Of a stretch of 63,994 bases of DNA, positions 28,103 through 37,615 are shown in pieces. A model generated the notes under the pieces. That model ran no database searches and was not told where the DNA came from. It was given only the letters and a program-made list of their open reading frames with translations. The stretch spans positions 1 to 63,994 of the forward strand of contig RFGR01000061.1 in NCBI GenBank assembly GCA_003696625.1, read 5' to 3'. The stretch is from Planctomycetota bacterium (GTDB lineage: Bacteria > Planctomycetota > UBA1135). Numbering within the stretch: the first letter of the stretch is position 1; each line of letters starts with the position of its first letter. A program made the position numbers and the translations under genes.

Positions 28103-29469
28103 ACCGACGGCTCCTCCATCCGCTGCTGGTCCTGGTCGCGGCCGCCCTGATCTGGCTGTTCCTGCCGGAGGCGGCGGAGAAGCGCCGGCCGGCGCCCTCG
28201 GTGGAGGAGATCGCGGTCGCCGAGGCGCCGGCGGCGGCCGCCGCGAGCGGCGATCGGCCGGACTCAGGCCGCGCGGCGGTCGCGGCCCCCGACCGGCCGG
28301 CGGCCGCCGGCGAGGGGGACGAGGGCCACCTGCTCGTCCTCCGCTTCCGGGCCGAGGACCCCGACGCCCTGGCCGGGGTGCGCTGCCGGCTGTTGCTCGA
28401 GCAGAGCTTCGATTTCGCCGGCGAGCCCCCGGTCGCCGACCGGGAGGGGATCCTGGCCCCGGACGGTCTCGTCCGCTTCCTGCTCCCGCCCGGTCGGGTG
28501 GTCCCCGTCCTGCTGGCCGGAGGCGAGGAACTCGACCTGCCCGGGTTTTGGATGCCCGACGCCGCGCACGAGGAGGAGTACGACCTCGGCCGGCGCCTGG
28601 ACCTGCGCGTGCGGGCGCTGGCGGAGGGGCGGCCGGTCCGCCCCTGCCGCTTCGAACTCTGGGGCGGGGTCGGGATCGACGAGCCGCAGCCGCTTCTCCG
28701 CGGCGCCGCCGGACCGGACGGATTCTGGCGGCCGCGGCTGGCCTTCGGCGTCCTCGACCACCTGCGGATTCGACCGGAGGTCCCCTGGTTGCGCCAGAGC
28801 TTCGGTCCCTTCCCCCTGGCCGGCGCCCCGGCCGAGTGGTCGGTCGAGCTGCCGCTGGCCCGGTTCTCGCTCGAGCCGCCTGTCGACGCGGCCGGGAGAC
28901 CGGCGGTGGAGCCGGGGCTGGAGCTGCACCGGCTGCCCCTGGCCGGCGCCCCGGCCGACGGCTCCGAGTTCGAGGCGATCCCGCTGGCCGAGGCCCTGGC
29001 CGCCGGACCGATCTGGGTGGCCACCGGCCCCTGCCGGCTGGCGCTGGGCGGTCCCGGCGCCGGGCTCTACCGGCTCGAGGGCGAGACGGTCCTGGCGGCC
29101 GGCGCCGCCGCCGATCTGCGGCTCCGCCGGCGGCCGAGCGGACGCCTGGTGGTCGAAATCCTCGGCCCGGGGCGGCCGGTGGAGCCGGCCGGGATCGAGA
29201 TCCGGCCCGAGGAAGGCGGCCTCGGGTCGATCGAGGCGCCGCCGGCCGAGACGACCGGAGCCGCGTTCCGCCGCGCCTACCGGGTTCCCGCCGGCCGGGT
29301 CCGGGTGGAGCTGCGCGGGCCGCTGCTGATCCTCGGCAGTCGCCCGCCGCGCTACCTCGGGAGCGAGGAGGACCGCGCCGCCCTGGAGCTTCGGGTGGCC
29401 CCCGGCGGCGAGGCCGTGGCCCGTTTCCGGGCCGACGCGGACGGCTTGAGGGCGGCGGCGGGCGGCTAG
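28099..29469 (+). CDS. Membrane-anchored hypothetical protein
   Basis: N-terminal TM, Ala/Pro linker, beta-rich remainder; ATGA overlap. Confidence 0.6.
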   Translation: MNRRLLHPLLVLVAAALIWLFLPEAAEKRRPAPSVEEIAVAEAPAAAAASGDRPDSGRAAVAAPDRPAAAGEGDEGHLLVLRFRAEDPDALAGVRCRLLLEQSFDFAGEPPVADREGILAPDGLVRFLLPPGRVVPVLLAGGEELDLPGFWMPDAAHEEEYDLGRRLDLRVRALAEGRPVRPCRFELWGGVGIDEPQPLLRGAAGPDGFWRPRLAFGVLDHLRIRPEVPWLRQSFGPFPLAGAPAEWSVELPLARFSLEPPVDAAGRPAVEPGLELHRLPLAGAPADGSEFEAIPLAEALAAGPIWVATGPCRLALGGPGAGLYRLEGETVLAAGAAADLRLRRRPSGRLVVEILGPGRPVEPAGIEIRPEEGGLGSIEAPPAETTGAAFRRAYRVPAGRVRVELRGPLLILGSRPPRYLGSEEDRAALELRVAPGGEAVARFRADADGLRAAAGG

Positions 29470-29481
29470 AATCCCCGCTCC

Positions 29482-30945
29482 ATGTCGAAGTCCACGACCG
29501 CCGTGATGGACAAGATCGTCTCCCTGTGCAAGCGCCGGGGATTCGTGTTTCCCGCCTCCGAGATCTACGGCGGCCAGGGCTCGACCTACGACTGGGGGCC
29601 GCTCGGCGTCGAGCTGAAGCGGCGGGTGAAGGAGGCCTGGTGGCGGAGCATGGTCTACGACCGCCAGGACGTGGTCGGGCTGGACTCGGCCATCATCCAG
29701 AGCCCGGAGGTCTGGCGCGCCTCCGGCCACGTCGACGGCTTCACCGACCCGCTGATCGACAACAAGACCTCCAAGCAGCGCTACCGGGCCGATCACCTGG
29801 TCGAGGCCAGGATCGAGAAGTACCGACGGCAGGGCAAGGAGGAGCGGGCGGCGGCCCTGCAGGAGAAGCTGACGGCGGCGCTGGGGGACAACCAGGCCCT
29901 GCGCCGGCTGATCCTCGAGGAGGGCATCAAGTGCCCGGTCTCCGGCACCGACGACTGGACGGAGGTGCGGCAGTTCAACCTCATGTTCCAGACCTGGGTC
30001 GGGCCGGTCCAGGACAGCGCCGCGGTCGCTTGGCTGCGCCCGGAGACCGCCCAGGGCATCTTCATCAACTTCAACAACGTCGTCACCGCCACCCGCAAGA
30101 AGCTGCCCTTCGGCATCGCCCAGATCGGCAAGAGCTTCCGCAACGAGATCACTCCGGGCAACTTCGTGTTTCGGACCCGCGAGTTCGAACAGATGGAGAT
30201 GGAGTACTTCTGCCGCCCGGAGGAGGCCGAGCGCTGGTTCGACTACTGGCAGCAGGAGCGGTTCCGCTGGTACCTCGACCTCGGCGTCGATCCGGAGAAG
30301 CTGCGGCTGCGCCAGCACACCTCGGACGAACTCGCCCACTACGCCGCCGGCTGCGGGGACGTCGAGTACCTCTTCCCGTTCGGCTGGTCGGAGCTGGAGG
30401 GCATCGCCAACCGGACCGACTACGACCTCAAGCGGCACACGGAGGCCTCCGGGGTCCAGTTGAGCTGGTTCGACCAGGAGCGGAATGAGCACATCGTGCC
30501 CTACGTGATCGAGCCGGCCGCCGGCTGCGACCGGACCGCGATGACCTTCCTGGTCGATGCCTATGACGAGGAGGGCGAGGGCAAGGACCGGCGGGTCGTC
30601 CTCCACCTTCATCCGCGCATCGCCCCGGTCACGGTGGCCGTCTTCCCGCTGGTCAAGAAGGAGGGGATGCCGGAGAAGGCGGCCGAGATCGAGCAGGAGC
30701 TGCGCCGCCGCTTCACCACCGCGATCGAGCTGAACCAGTCGATCGGTCGCCGCTATCGGCGCCAGGACGAGATCGGCACCCCGTTCTGCGTCACCGTCGA
30801 CGGCGACACCCTGGCCGACGACACGGTCACCCTGCGCGAGCGGGACAGCATGAGTCAGGAGCGGGTGCCGGTGTCCGAGCTGGCCGGGGTCATCGATCAG
30901 CGGATCGCCGACTGGCGGCGCCCGGAGAAGGCGTCCGTCGCCTGA
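29482..30945 (+). CDS. glyQS: Glycine--tRNA ligase, homodimeric type
   Basis: KRRGFVFP..EIYGG, LRPETAQGIF, GKSFRNEITP, FRTREFEQME, IGRRYRRQDEIGTP. Confidence 0.97.
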   Translation: MSKSTTAVMDKIVSLCKRRGFVFPASEIYGGQGSTYDWGPLGVELKRRVKEAWWRSMVYDRQDVVGLDSAIIQSPEVWRASGHVDGFTDPLIDNKTSKQRYRADHLVEARIEKYRRQGKEERAAALQEKLTAALGDNQALRRLILEEGIKCPVSGTDDWTEVRQFNLMFQTWVGPVQDSAAVAWLRPETAQGIFINFNNVVTATRKKLPFGIAQIGKSFRNEITPGNFVFRTREFEQMEMEYFCRPEEAERWFDYWQQERFRWYLDLGVDPEKLRLRQHTSDELAHYAAGCGDVEYLFPFGWSELEGIANRTDYDLKRHTEASGVQLSWFDQERNEHIVPYVIEPAAGCDRTAMTFLVDAYDEEGEGKDRRVVLHLHPRIAPVTVAVFPLVKKEGMPEKAAEIEQELRRRFTTAIELNQSIGRRYRRQDEIGTPFCVTVDGDTLADDTVTLRERDSMSQERVPVSELAGVIDQRIADWRRPEKASVA

Positions 30946-30946
30946 C

Positions 30947-32698
30947 GTGGCCCGGCTCGAGCTGAAAGGCACTCCGGTCAGTCCCGGCGTCGGGTTGGGG
31001 CAGGCCTGGACGATCGTCGATCCCGCCTCGCGCAGGATTCCGCGCCGTCACCTCGGCGCCGAGGAGCCGGAGGCAGCCCTGGCCCGGTTCGAGGCCGCCC
31101 GGCGGCGGGCGGTCGAGGATCTGAAGCGGATCCAGGCCGTCACCACCCGCGAGCTGGGAATCCAGGACGCCGCGATCTACGGCGCCCAGATCGCGGTGAT
31201 CCAGGATCCCGACGCCCGCCGCCAGATCGAGCGGTTGATCCTGGAAGAGCGGATCCAGCCCGAGTCCGCCATCCAGGAGCTGCTCGACCGCTTCGCCGGG
31301 CTGTTCGAGAAGCTCGAGGGCGGCGACATCAAGACCTGGGCCGCCGACCTGCGCGACCCCTGGCTCTGCGTCGTGCGCGAACTGGAGGCGGTCGAGGAGG
31401 AGCGGCTGGAACTCGGTCCGGATGCCCGGCCGGTGCTGATCGCCGAGGAGCTGACCCCGTCGCTGGTCACCCGCCACCACCGGCAGCCGCTGGCCGGCAT
31501 CGCTTGTACCCGCGGCGGCCGGTTCAGCCACGGCGCCCTGCTCGCCCGCTCTTTCGGCATCCCGACCGTGACCGGCCTGGATCAGGTCCACACCAAGGCG
31601 GTGGCCGGCGAGCACGTCGTCGTCCTGGCCGAGGAGGGCCGGGTCCTGTTCGGGATCGACGAGCGCGAGCGGGAGATCGCCGCCCGGATGGCGGCCGAGC
31701 GGGAGCGACTGCGGGGAGTCTTGCTCGAGGCGTCGGGAGAACCCGGCCGGACCGCCGACGGCGAGGCGCTCTCGGTCCTGGTCAACATCGAGTCGCCCCA
31801 GGATCTGGCGATGTTCGAACCGAGCCACGCCGCCGGGGTCGGCCTGTTCCGGACCGAGTTCGCCTTCATGGAGCGGCCTTCCTTCCCGGGCCGCGACGAG
31901 CAGCTCGAGGTCTACCGCTCGGTGCTCGAGCGCTTCCCGGGCAAACCGGTCGTCTTCCGCACTCTCGACATCGGCGGCGACAAACAGCTTCGCTACTTCC
32001 AGCACCCGCAGGAGGCGAACCCGGTTTTGGGCTGGCGGGGCCTGCGTCTGTCGCTGGAGTGGCGGGACCTGTTCCTGATCCAGCTCGAGGCGCTGGTCGC
32101 CGCCCGGGAGGCGGGGGACGCCCGGATCCTGCTGCCGATGGTGACGACGGTCGAGGAACTCCGCGAGGCCCGGCGGCTGGTCGCGCAGGTCTGCGGCGAC
32201 GGCCGGAGCATCCCGGTCGGCGTGATGATCGAGGTGCCGGCGGCGGCGATGGCCTTGCGCGAGCTGGCCAAGGAGGCCGATTTCGTCTCCGTCGGCACCA
32301 ACGACCTGACCCAGTACCTGTTCGCGGTCGACCGGGACAACCCCTGGGTCTCCGGCCTGTACCAGCCCTACCATCCGGCCCACCTGCGGGTGCTGCGTCA
32401 CATTGCCCGGACCTGCGCCGCGCTGGGCACGCCGCTGTCGGTCTGCGGCGAGATGGCCGGCCAGAAGACCGGCGCCCTGTTCCTGGTCGGCACCGGCTAT
32501 CGGCAGCTCTCGGTGGTCGCGGCATCATTACAAAAAGAAAAGGCCCTGCTGCGCGAGGTTCCGCAGCAGGAGCTGCGCCGACTCTCCCACGCCGCCGTCG
32601 GCGCCCATACAAGCTCGGAGGCTTTCGGGATTCTGCGGGAGGCTGCGGACCGGATTTGGGAGAGGGTCGCCGCCCGGTCCGAGGCCGATCCGGACTGA
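30947..32698 (+). CDS. ptsI: Phosphoenolpyruvate--protein phosphotransferase (PTS enzyme I)
   Basis: GGRFSH phospho-His, GVGLFRTEF, RTLDIGGDK, MIEVP, SVGTNDLTQY, CGEMAG; no GAF domain. Confidence 0.93.
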   Translation: MARLELKGTPVSPGVGLGQAWTIVDPASRRIPRRHLGAEEPEAALARFEAARRRAVEDLKRIQAVTTRELGIQDAAIYGAQIAVIQDPDARRQIERLILEERIQPESAIQELLDRFAGLFEKLEGGDIKTWAADLRDPWLCVVRELEAVEEERLELGPDARPVLIAEELTPSLVTRHHRQPLAGIACTRGGRFSHGALLARSFGIPTVTGLDQVHTKAVAGEHVVVLAEEGRVLFGIDEREREIAARMAAERERLRGVLLEASGEPGRTADGEALSVLVNIESPQDLAMFEPSHAAGVGLFRTEFAFMERPSFPGRDEQLEVYRSVLERFPGKPVVFRTLDIGGDKQLRYFQHPQEANPVLGWRGLRLSLEWRDLFLIQLEALVAAREAGDARILLPMVTTVEELREARRLVAQVCGDGRSIPVGVMIEVPAAAMALRELAKEADFVSVGTNDLTQYLFAVDRDNPWVSGLYQPYHPAHLRVLRHIARTCAALGTPLSVCGEMAGQKTGALFLVGTGYRQLSVVAASLQKEKALLREVPQQELRRLSHAAVGAHTSSEAFGILREAADRIWERVAARSEADPD

Positions 32699-32717
32699 AT
32701 TCCCTACGAAGATGGTC

Positions 32718-32746
32718 TTGGTCTGACGGCCGCTCCGGTCCATACT
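32718..32746 (+). promoter_or_regulatory. Sigma70-type promoter for the HTH-repeat gene
   Basis: TTGGTC, 17 nt, CATACT, about 65 nt before ATG 32812. Confidence 0.45.
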
Positions 32747-32811
32747 GGAAGAGGCCCCGCTATCCCCGCCGGAGCCCTCACCGGCCCCTTGACCCATCGC
32801 ACTTCCTTGGG

Positions 32812-33567
32812 ATGACCTCCGAGCCGCATTCGCCGAACCCGAAAGGCAACGGGCGCCGCAAGGGCCCCTGGTCGCAGCGTGAGATCGAGAAGCTGAAGCT
32901 GAAATTCGGGCTCGTTCCGCTTCAGCGCCTGAGCCAGGAACTCAACCGGAGCGTGGACAGCATCCGGCGGATGGTCCACCGGGTTTTCGACGGACCTCCC
33001 CGGACCGGCCCCTGGACCGCGGAGGAGGTTCTGCGTCTGAAGGAGTACATCGGCGCCGCCCAGACCGAGGACATCGCCCGGATCTTCCGGCGCACCCCGC
33101 AGGAGATTCGGCGCAAGGTCGAGGAACTGGAGAGCAGGATCCGGCCTTCGGCCTGGACTTCGGAGGACATCCAGCAGTTCAAGCGGCTCTACGGCAACCG
33201 CAGCGACACCGACCTGGCGGTGATCTTCGCCCACCCGGTCGAGGAGATCCAGGCGCTGGCCCGCGAACTCTGCCTGGCCAAGGACAAGGCGTTCCTCAAG
33301 CGGACCGGCCAGGAGCGGACCACGCGGATGCCGCGCTGGACCCCGGAGGAGATCCAGGAACTCCGGCGCCTCTATCCGACCCACAGCAACCTCGAGATCG
33401 CCCAGGCTCTCGGGAGGACCCAGAAGAGCGTCGTTTCGAAGGCCCACGACCTGGGCCTGCGCAAGTCCCCCGAGCGTCTGCGCCGGATGGGCGAGGAGAA
33501 CGTCCGGCGCCGCTACCGAGGTCGGCGCGGCCGCACCGGTCAGGAGGAAGCCGAGGCCGGCGCCTGA
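32812..33567 (+). CDS. Protein with four tandem Myb/SANT/GcrA-N-like HTH repeats
   Basis: Repeats begin KGPWSQREIEKLK, TGPWTAEEVLRLK, PSAWTSEDIQQFK, MPRWTPEEIQELR; the last continues EIAQALGRTQKSVVSKAHDLGL. Confidence 0.8.
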   Translation: MTSEPHSPNPKGNGRRKGPWSQREIEKLKLKFGLVPLQRLSQELNRSVDSIRRMVHRVFDGPPRTGPWTAEEVLRLKEYIGAAQTEDIARIFRRTPQEIRRKVEELESRIRPSAWTSEDIQQFKRLYGNRSDTDLAVIFAHPVEEIQALARELCLAKDKAFLKRTGQERTTRMPRWTPEEIQELRRLYPTHSNLEIAQALGRTQKSVVSKAHDLGLRKSPERLRRMGEENVRRRYRGRRGRTGQEEAEAGA

Positions 33568-33580
33568 GGTCCGGAGCGGG

Positions 33581-33901
33581 ATGGAGCGGCGCCTGATCGG
33601 CCTGGCCCGGCTCGCGGACGGCCTCCGCCTGAGCTGGGACGACGGCCTCGAGGCCAGGATCGGCTTCCGGGATCTCCGGCTGGAATGCCCTTGCGCCCAC
33701 TGTGTCTCCGAGGTCACCGGCCGCAGGCTGCTCGACCCGGCCACGGTGCCCGAAGACCTCGGGCTGCAGGACATGAAGCCGGTCGGCAACTACGCCTATC
33801 GCTGCCTGTTCAGTGACGGCCACGACAGCGGCATCTATCCGCTCGAGCTTCTGCGCGCCTTGAGCGAGGAGAGCGCCCGCGGGGTCCAGGCCCGGCGATG
33901 A
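33581..33901 (+). CDS. DUF971/GBBH-like N-terminal domain protein
   Basis: LRLECPCAHC, VGNYA, FSDGHDSGIY. Confidence 0.9.
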   Translation: MERRLIGLARLADGLRLSWDDGLEARIGFRDLRLECPCAHCVSEVTGRRLLDPATVPEDLGLQDMKPVGNYAYRCLFSDGHDSGIYPLELLRALSEESARGVQARR

Positions 33902-34305
33902 GTCCGCTCGCCTCGATCCTGCTGGCCGCCCTCTCGCCCTGGACCGTTCTGCCCGGTCTGCTGGTCGGGTGGTGGGCGGTCTGGTTCACGTTGGGCCGGA
34001 ACTTCACCCTCACCTCGCTGATGACCCTGGCCGCCCAGGCCGCCTCCCTGCTCCTCGCCGGCGGAACTCTCGCCAGCGGCGCCCTGGCCGAACCGGCGAT
34101 TGGCGACGGCCATCCCGTGCCGGCGGTCCGTCTGGCCGCCGCCGCGTCGATCTGGTTCGCCGCGCTCCTGGTTCTCGAGGCCCATCTCCTGCGCGCCTTC
34201 ATGCGTCGCCTTCGGCCCGGCTGGTCCTGGGATCCCTTCGATCTGCTGACCTACGGAGCCGCCCGCGTCCCGGCGGTGGCCCTCGCCGCCTGGCTGGTCG
34301 CCTAG
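33898..34305 (+). CDS. Small membrane protein
   Basis: About four hydrophobic segments; ATGA overlap. Confidence 0.6.
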   Translation: MSPLASILLAALSPWTVLPGLLVGWWAVWFTLGRNFTLTSLMTLAAQAASLLLAGGTLASGALAEPAIGDGHPVPAVRLAAAASIWFAALLVLEAHLLRAFMRRLRPGWSWDPFDLLTYGAARVPAVALAAWLVA

Positions 34306-35897
34306 CCCGCGGCCGCCGCCCGCTCGCCGGGGTCTTCCGGGGGATGGAAGGGCCGGGTTTCCTCGGGATCCCGGTCGAGGTTGCGGACCAGCGGCGGCGC
34401 ATCCGGCCGGCGGAGGACGACGAAGCGGCCGCGGCGTTCGACGACCAGGCCCGCCCCCACGTCCTGGATCCGGGCCGGGGGCGCCGGGGCCTCCGGGTCC
34501 AGGAGCGAGGGCGCCTGCGCCTCGAGGCCGAGGAAGGAGAGGATCGTCGCCGGCAGGGCGGCGGTGGAGATGGGCTCGGCCCGGCGGCCGCCGGCCGGGA
34601 TCGCGCGCGGAAGCCGGAAGGCGAGGGGGACCCGGGTCAGGCAGGAGCGGGCCGCGACCGGCTCGCCCTCGGGATGGACCGCGTGGAAGCAGGCGCCGCG
34701 GTCCGAGGTCACGACGAGCAGGGTCTCCTCGAGGAGGTCGCGGTCGGCGAGGCCGGTCGCCAACGCGGCCAGGGCCCGGTCGAGGTCCCGGATCGCCGCG
34801 TCGTAGCGCGCCCGTTCCTCGGCCAGGGCGTCGAGCGGGCCCTCGCCCGGTCCTCCCGGCAGGAATGCCGTGACCAGTTCCGGATCGGGCTCCTCGGTCA
34901 AGATTCCGTCCAGCTCGAGGAGCAGGAAGAAGGGACGGTCCGGGCGGCGTCGCTCGAGCCAGGCGAGCGCTCGCGCCACCGCCCGCTCCGCCCGGCTCGC
35001 CGCCGGCGCTCGCCGCACCGAGCCGAGCAGCCGAGGAAGGAGGAGCCGGTCGGCCGGCAGCGGCAGGTCCGGATCGCGGAAGCGGGTGAAGCCGGCCGGC
35101 CCGCCGGCGGCGGCGCGAACCCAGCTCCGGTCGCCGATGCCGGCGGTCTCGTAACCGGCCCGGCGGAGGCGTTCCGGCAGCGGCGGGTCGCCGCCGAGCA
35201 GGGCGGTCCGCACCTCCCGCGGCCGGACGGAGGGGACGTGGGCGTCCGTGAACAGGAGCCCTTCGGCGGCGACGGCGTCGAGGCCGGGGCTGGTCACGCG
35301 GTAGTAGCCGCCGCAGCCGAGATGGTCGAGGCCGACCCGGTCGAGGCAGACGAGGAGCACGCCCTGGACCGGCGCCTCGGCCGGAGAGGCGAGCAACGGC
35401 TCCGTCTCGGGGCCGGACAGGGCCGGCAGCAGCGCGCCGACGAGACCGGCGGCCAGGCCGGCCAGGAGGACCAGGACCGCGGTCAGCGGCGAGACGAAGG
35501 AGGCGAGCAGCCAGCCGAGCGGGCCGGGAGCCAGGCGCCGTCCGAGCTGCTGGACCGCCAGACCGGTGCCGGCCGCCAGGCCGATCCGGAGGGGGGCGGC
35601 GGCGCCGGCTGCGGCGACGGCGATGGCGGCCGCGGCGCCAGCGCCGGCCAGGACCGAGGCGAGCTGGAGGCCGGGCAGCCGGCGCCACTCCCGCTCCCGG
35701 GCCAGGAACGGCAGCACCAGCGCCGCGATCAGGCCGATACCGGCGCCGGCGGCTGCATCGATCGGCCAGACCGCGAGCCAGAAGCCGAGGTCCCGTTCGA
35801 AGGGATAGGCCCGCAGCGCCAGCGCCGCCTCGACCGCGCCGCCCAGGGAGAGGAGGGCGGCGCCGAGGAGGGCGCCGTGGAGGAGAAGCCGGATCAT
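34302..35897 (-). CDS. Membrane-anchored sulfatase-like/alkaline-phosphatase superfamily protein, degenerate active site
   Basis: N-terminal TM helices; VLLVCLD..DHLG..GY...SP.LD, RPFFL, YDAAI..LD, VVTSDRG. Confidence 0.7.
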   Translation of the reverse strand: MIRLLLHGALLGAALLSLGGAVEAALALRAYPFERDLGFWLAVWPIDAAAGAGIGLIAALVLPFLAREREWRRLPGLQLASVLAGAGAAAAIAVAAAGAAAPLRIGLAAGTGLAVQQLGRRLAPGPLGWLLASFVSPLTAVLVLLAGLAAGLVGALLPALSGPETEPLLASPAEAPVQGVLLVCLDRVGLDHLGCGGYYRVTSPGLDAVAAEGLLFTDAHVPSVRPREVRTALLGGDPPLPERLRRAGYETAGIGDRSWVRAAAGGPAGFTRFRDPDLPLPADRLLLPRLLGSVRRAPAASRAERAVARALAWLERRRPDRPFFLLLELDGILTEEPDPELVTAFLPGGPGEGPLDALAEERARYDAAIRDLDRALAALATGLADRDLLEETLLVVTSDRGACFHAVHPEGEPVAARSCLTRVPLAFRLPRAIPAGGRRAEPISTAALPATILSFLGLEAQAPSLLDPEAPAPPARIQDVGAGLVVERRGRFVVLRRPDAPPLVRNLDRDPEETRPFHPPEDPGERAAAAG

Positions 35898-36253
35898 CGC
35901 CCGCCTTCGGCCGGCCAGGCCAGATGGAGCCGGTCGCCCTCCGCCTCGCCCCAGACCCGCAGACCGCTCCAGGTCCCCTCCAGCTCCGAGATCCGTCGGC
36001 GGATGGCGTCCAGGATCATCCCGCGCAGGATGCCGGCTCCTGCGAGATTCCAGTCGTGCAGGATCCGCTCGCGCGGCCGGTCCAGAATCCGGGCGGTCAG
36101 GACGAACCGCCGCCCGAGCGGCGCCCGGAGAGCGATCTCGAGCCGGTCCCTGCAACAGTCGATCCCGTCCAGCCGGGTGCCGGAGGGAAGCGGCAGGGCG
36201 TCGGCCAGGGCCTCCTCCAGCCCTTCCAGGTCGAGATCGATGGAGACGCGCAT
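35894..36253 (-). CDS. Hypothetical protein
   Basis: MRVSIDLDLEG... of 119 aa; ATGA overlap with the downstream gene. Confidence 0.55.
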   Translation of the reverse strand: MRVSIDLDLEGLEEALADALPLPSGTRLDGIDCCRDRLEIALRAPLGRRFVLTARILDRPRERILHDWNLAGAGILRGMILDAIRRRISELEGTWSGLRVWGEAEGDRLHLAWPAEGGR

Positions 36254-36300
36254 CGAGGACGGGGCGTGACCGCCGGAATCCGGCCGATAGAGTAGCCGAG

Positions 36301-37599
36301 ATGCTCCTCCTGCTCCTGCCGGCGTTGCTCGGCCTCGCCCAGGCCGGCGCCCCCGCGCCGGCGCCAAGCCCGGCCGCCGCCCGGGCGCCGACCGTCGAGG
36401 AGATGATAGGGCGGATTCGGAGCCGTTGGGTGCCGTTCGAGGAGCGGATGGCCTGGCTCGAGCGTCTGGCCGGCAGCGGTCGCAGGCTCGAACTCGAGCA
36501 GGTGCGCCCGTTGCGGCGGTCGGCGCGGGGGGAATGGCTGGCCGACTACGCCCGTTGCCTGGCCTTGTGCGGGGCATCGGCGATCGAAGACCTGCGCGAG
36601 CTGGCCGAACGGCGGGACCCGGTGGTCCGGGCCGAGGCGGTCTACGCCCTGGTCCAGCTCGACGCGGCCGGCGGGGAGGCCTTCGGCCGGCGGATTCTGG
36701 CCGACCGGCGGCAGCCGGCCGAGGCGCGGGTGGCGGCGCTGCGCGGTCTGGACGCCCGCCGCTCGCCCTTCGCCCGGCCGGAGGCGCTCCGTTGGCTGGC
36801 GCAGTCCGACCAGTCCCTGCTCTGGGAATGCCTGGCCGTGCTGCGCCGGAATCCCGACCTCGCCGACGCTCCCTACCTCGTCGACCTGCTGCACCGGCGG
36901 AGCGGCCGGGCGGCCAACGAGGCGGTTCGCCTTCTCCAACGCCTGACCGGCTACAAGGTCGGCCGCGACCCGGAAGCCTGGCGCTACTGGCTCCTCAAAC
37001 ACGAGGCCGAAGGCACCCCCTTCCGCGCCCCGGCCGCCTCTGCGGACGACCAGACGGTCTCGGTCGCCTGGCACGGGATCCCGATCCTGGGCGAGAAGGT
37101 CGTCTTCGTCCTCGACTCTTCCGGTTCGATGGAGGCGCCCCTGGCGGAGAACCCCGGCGAGACCCGCGGTTCGCGAGCGGTGGCCGAACTGCTGCGGCTC
37201 CTGCCACAGCTGCCCGAGCGGGCCGAGTTCGACCTGATTTTCTTTGAGTCCTCCGTCCACAGCTTCGCCCACCGGCTCGTTTCCCGTCGACCGGAGACCC
37301 TGGCCGAGGCGGCCGCCTGGTTGCGGCGGCGGCGCTTCGCCGGCGCCACCAACCTCTCCGGCGGCCTGCGTGAGGCCTTCGCGCGGGAAGGGGTCGAGGA
37401 GATCTTCCTGCTCAGCGACGGCGAACCCTCGGCCGGCGAAGTGACCGATCCCGACCGGATCGCCGCGCAGGTCCGCCGCTGGAACCGCTGGCGCAACGTC
37501 CGCCTGAACACGGTCTCGTTCGGGGCGCCGGCCGCGGCGCGGGACTTCCTGGCCGACCTGGCCCGGAACCACGACGGAGTCTGCCGGACGATCTGGTGA
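36301..37599 (+). CDS. Exported HEAT-repeat + von Willebrand A domain protein
   Basis: Signal peptide; HEAT repeats; MIDAS VFVLDSSGSM, GATN, IFLLSDGEP. Confidence 0.85.
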   Translation: MLLLLLPALLGLAQAGAPAPAPSPAAARAPTVEEMIGRIRSRWVPFEERMAWLERLAGSGRRLELEQVRPLRRSARGEWLADYARCLALCGASAIEDLRELAERRDPVVRAEAVYALVQLDAAGGEAFGRRILADRRQPAEARVAALRGLDARRSPFARPEALRWLAQSDQSLLWECLAVLRRNPDLADAPYLVDLLHRRSGRAANEAVRLLQRLTGYKVGRDPEAWRYWLLKHEAEGTPFRAPAASADDQTVSVAWHGIPILGEKVVFVLDSSGSMEAPLAENPGETRGSRAVAELLRLLPQLPERAEFDLIFFESSVHSFAHRLVSRRPETLAEAAAWLRRRRFAGATNLSGGLREAFAREGVEEIFLLSDGEPSAGEVTDPDRIAAQVRRWNRWRNVRLNTVSFGAPAAARDFLADLARNHDGVCRTIW

Positions 37600-37615
37600 G
37601 CCGGCGGCTCCCCGC

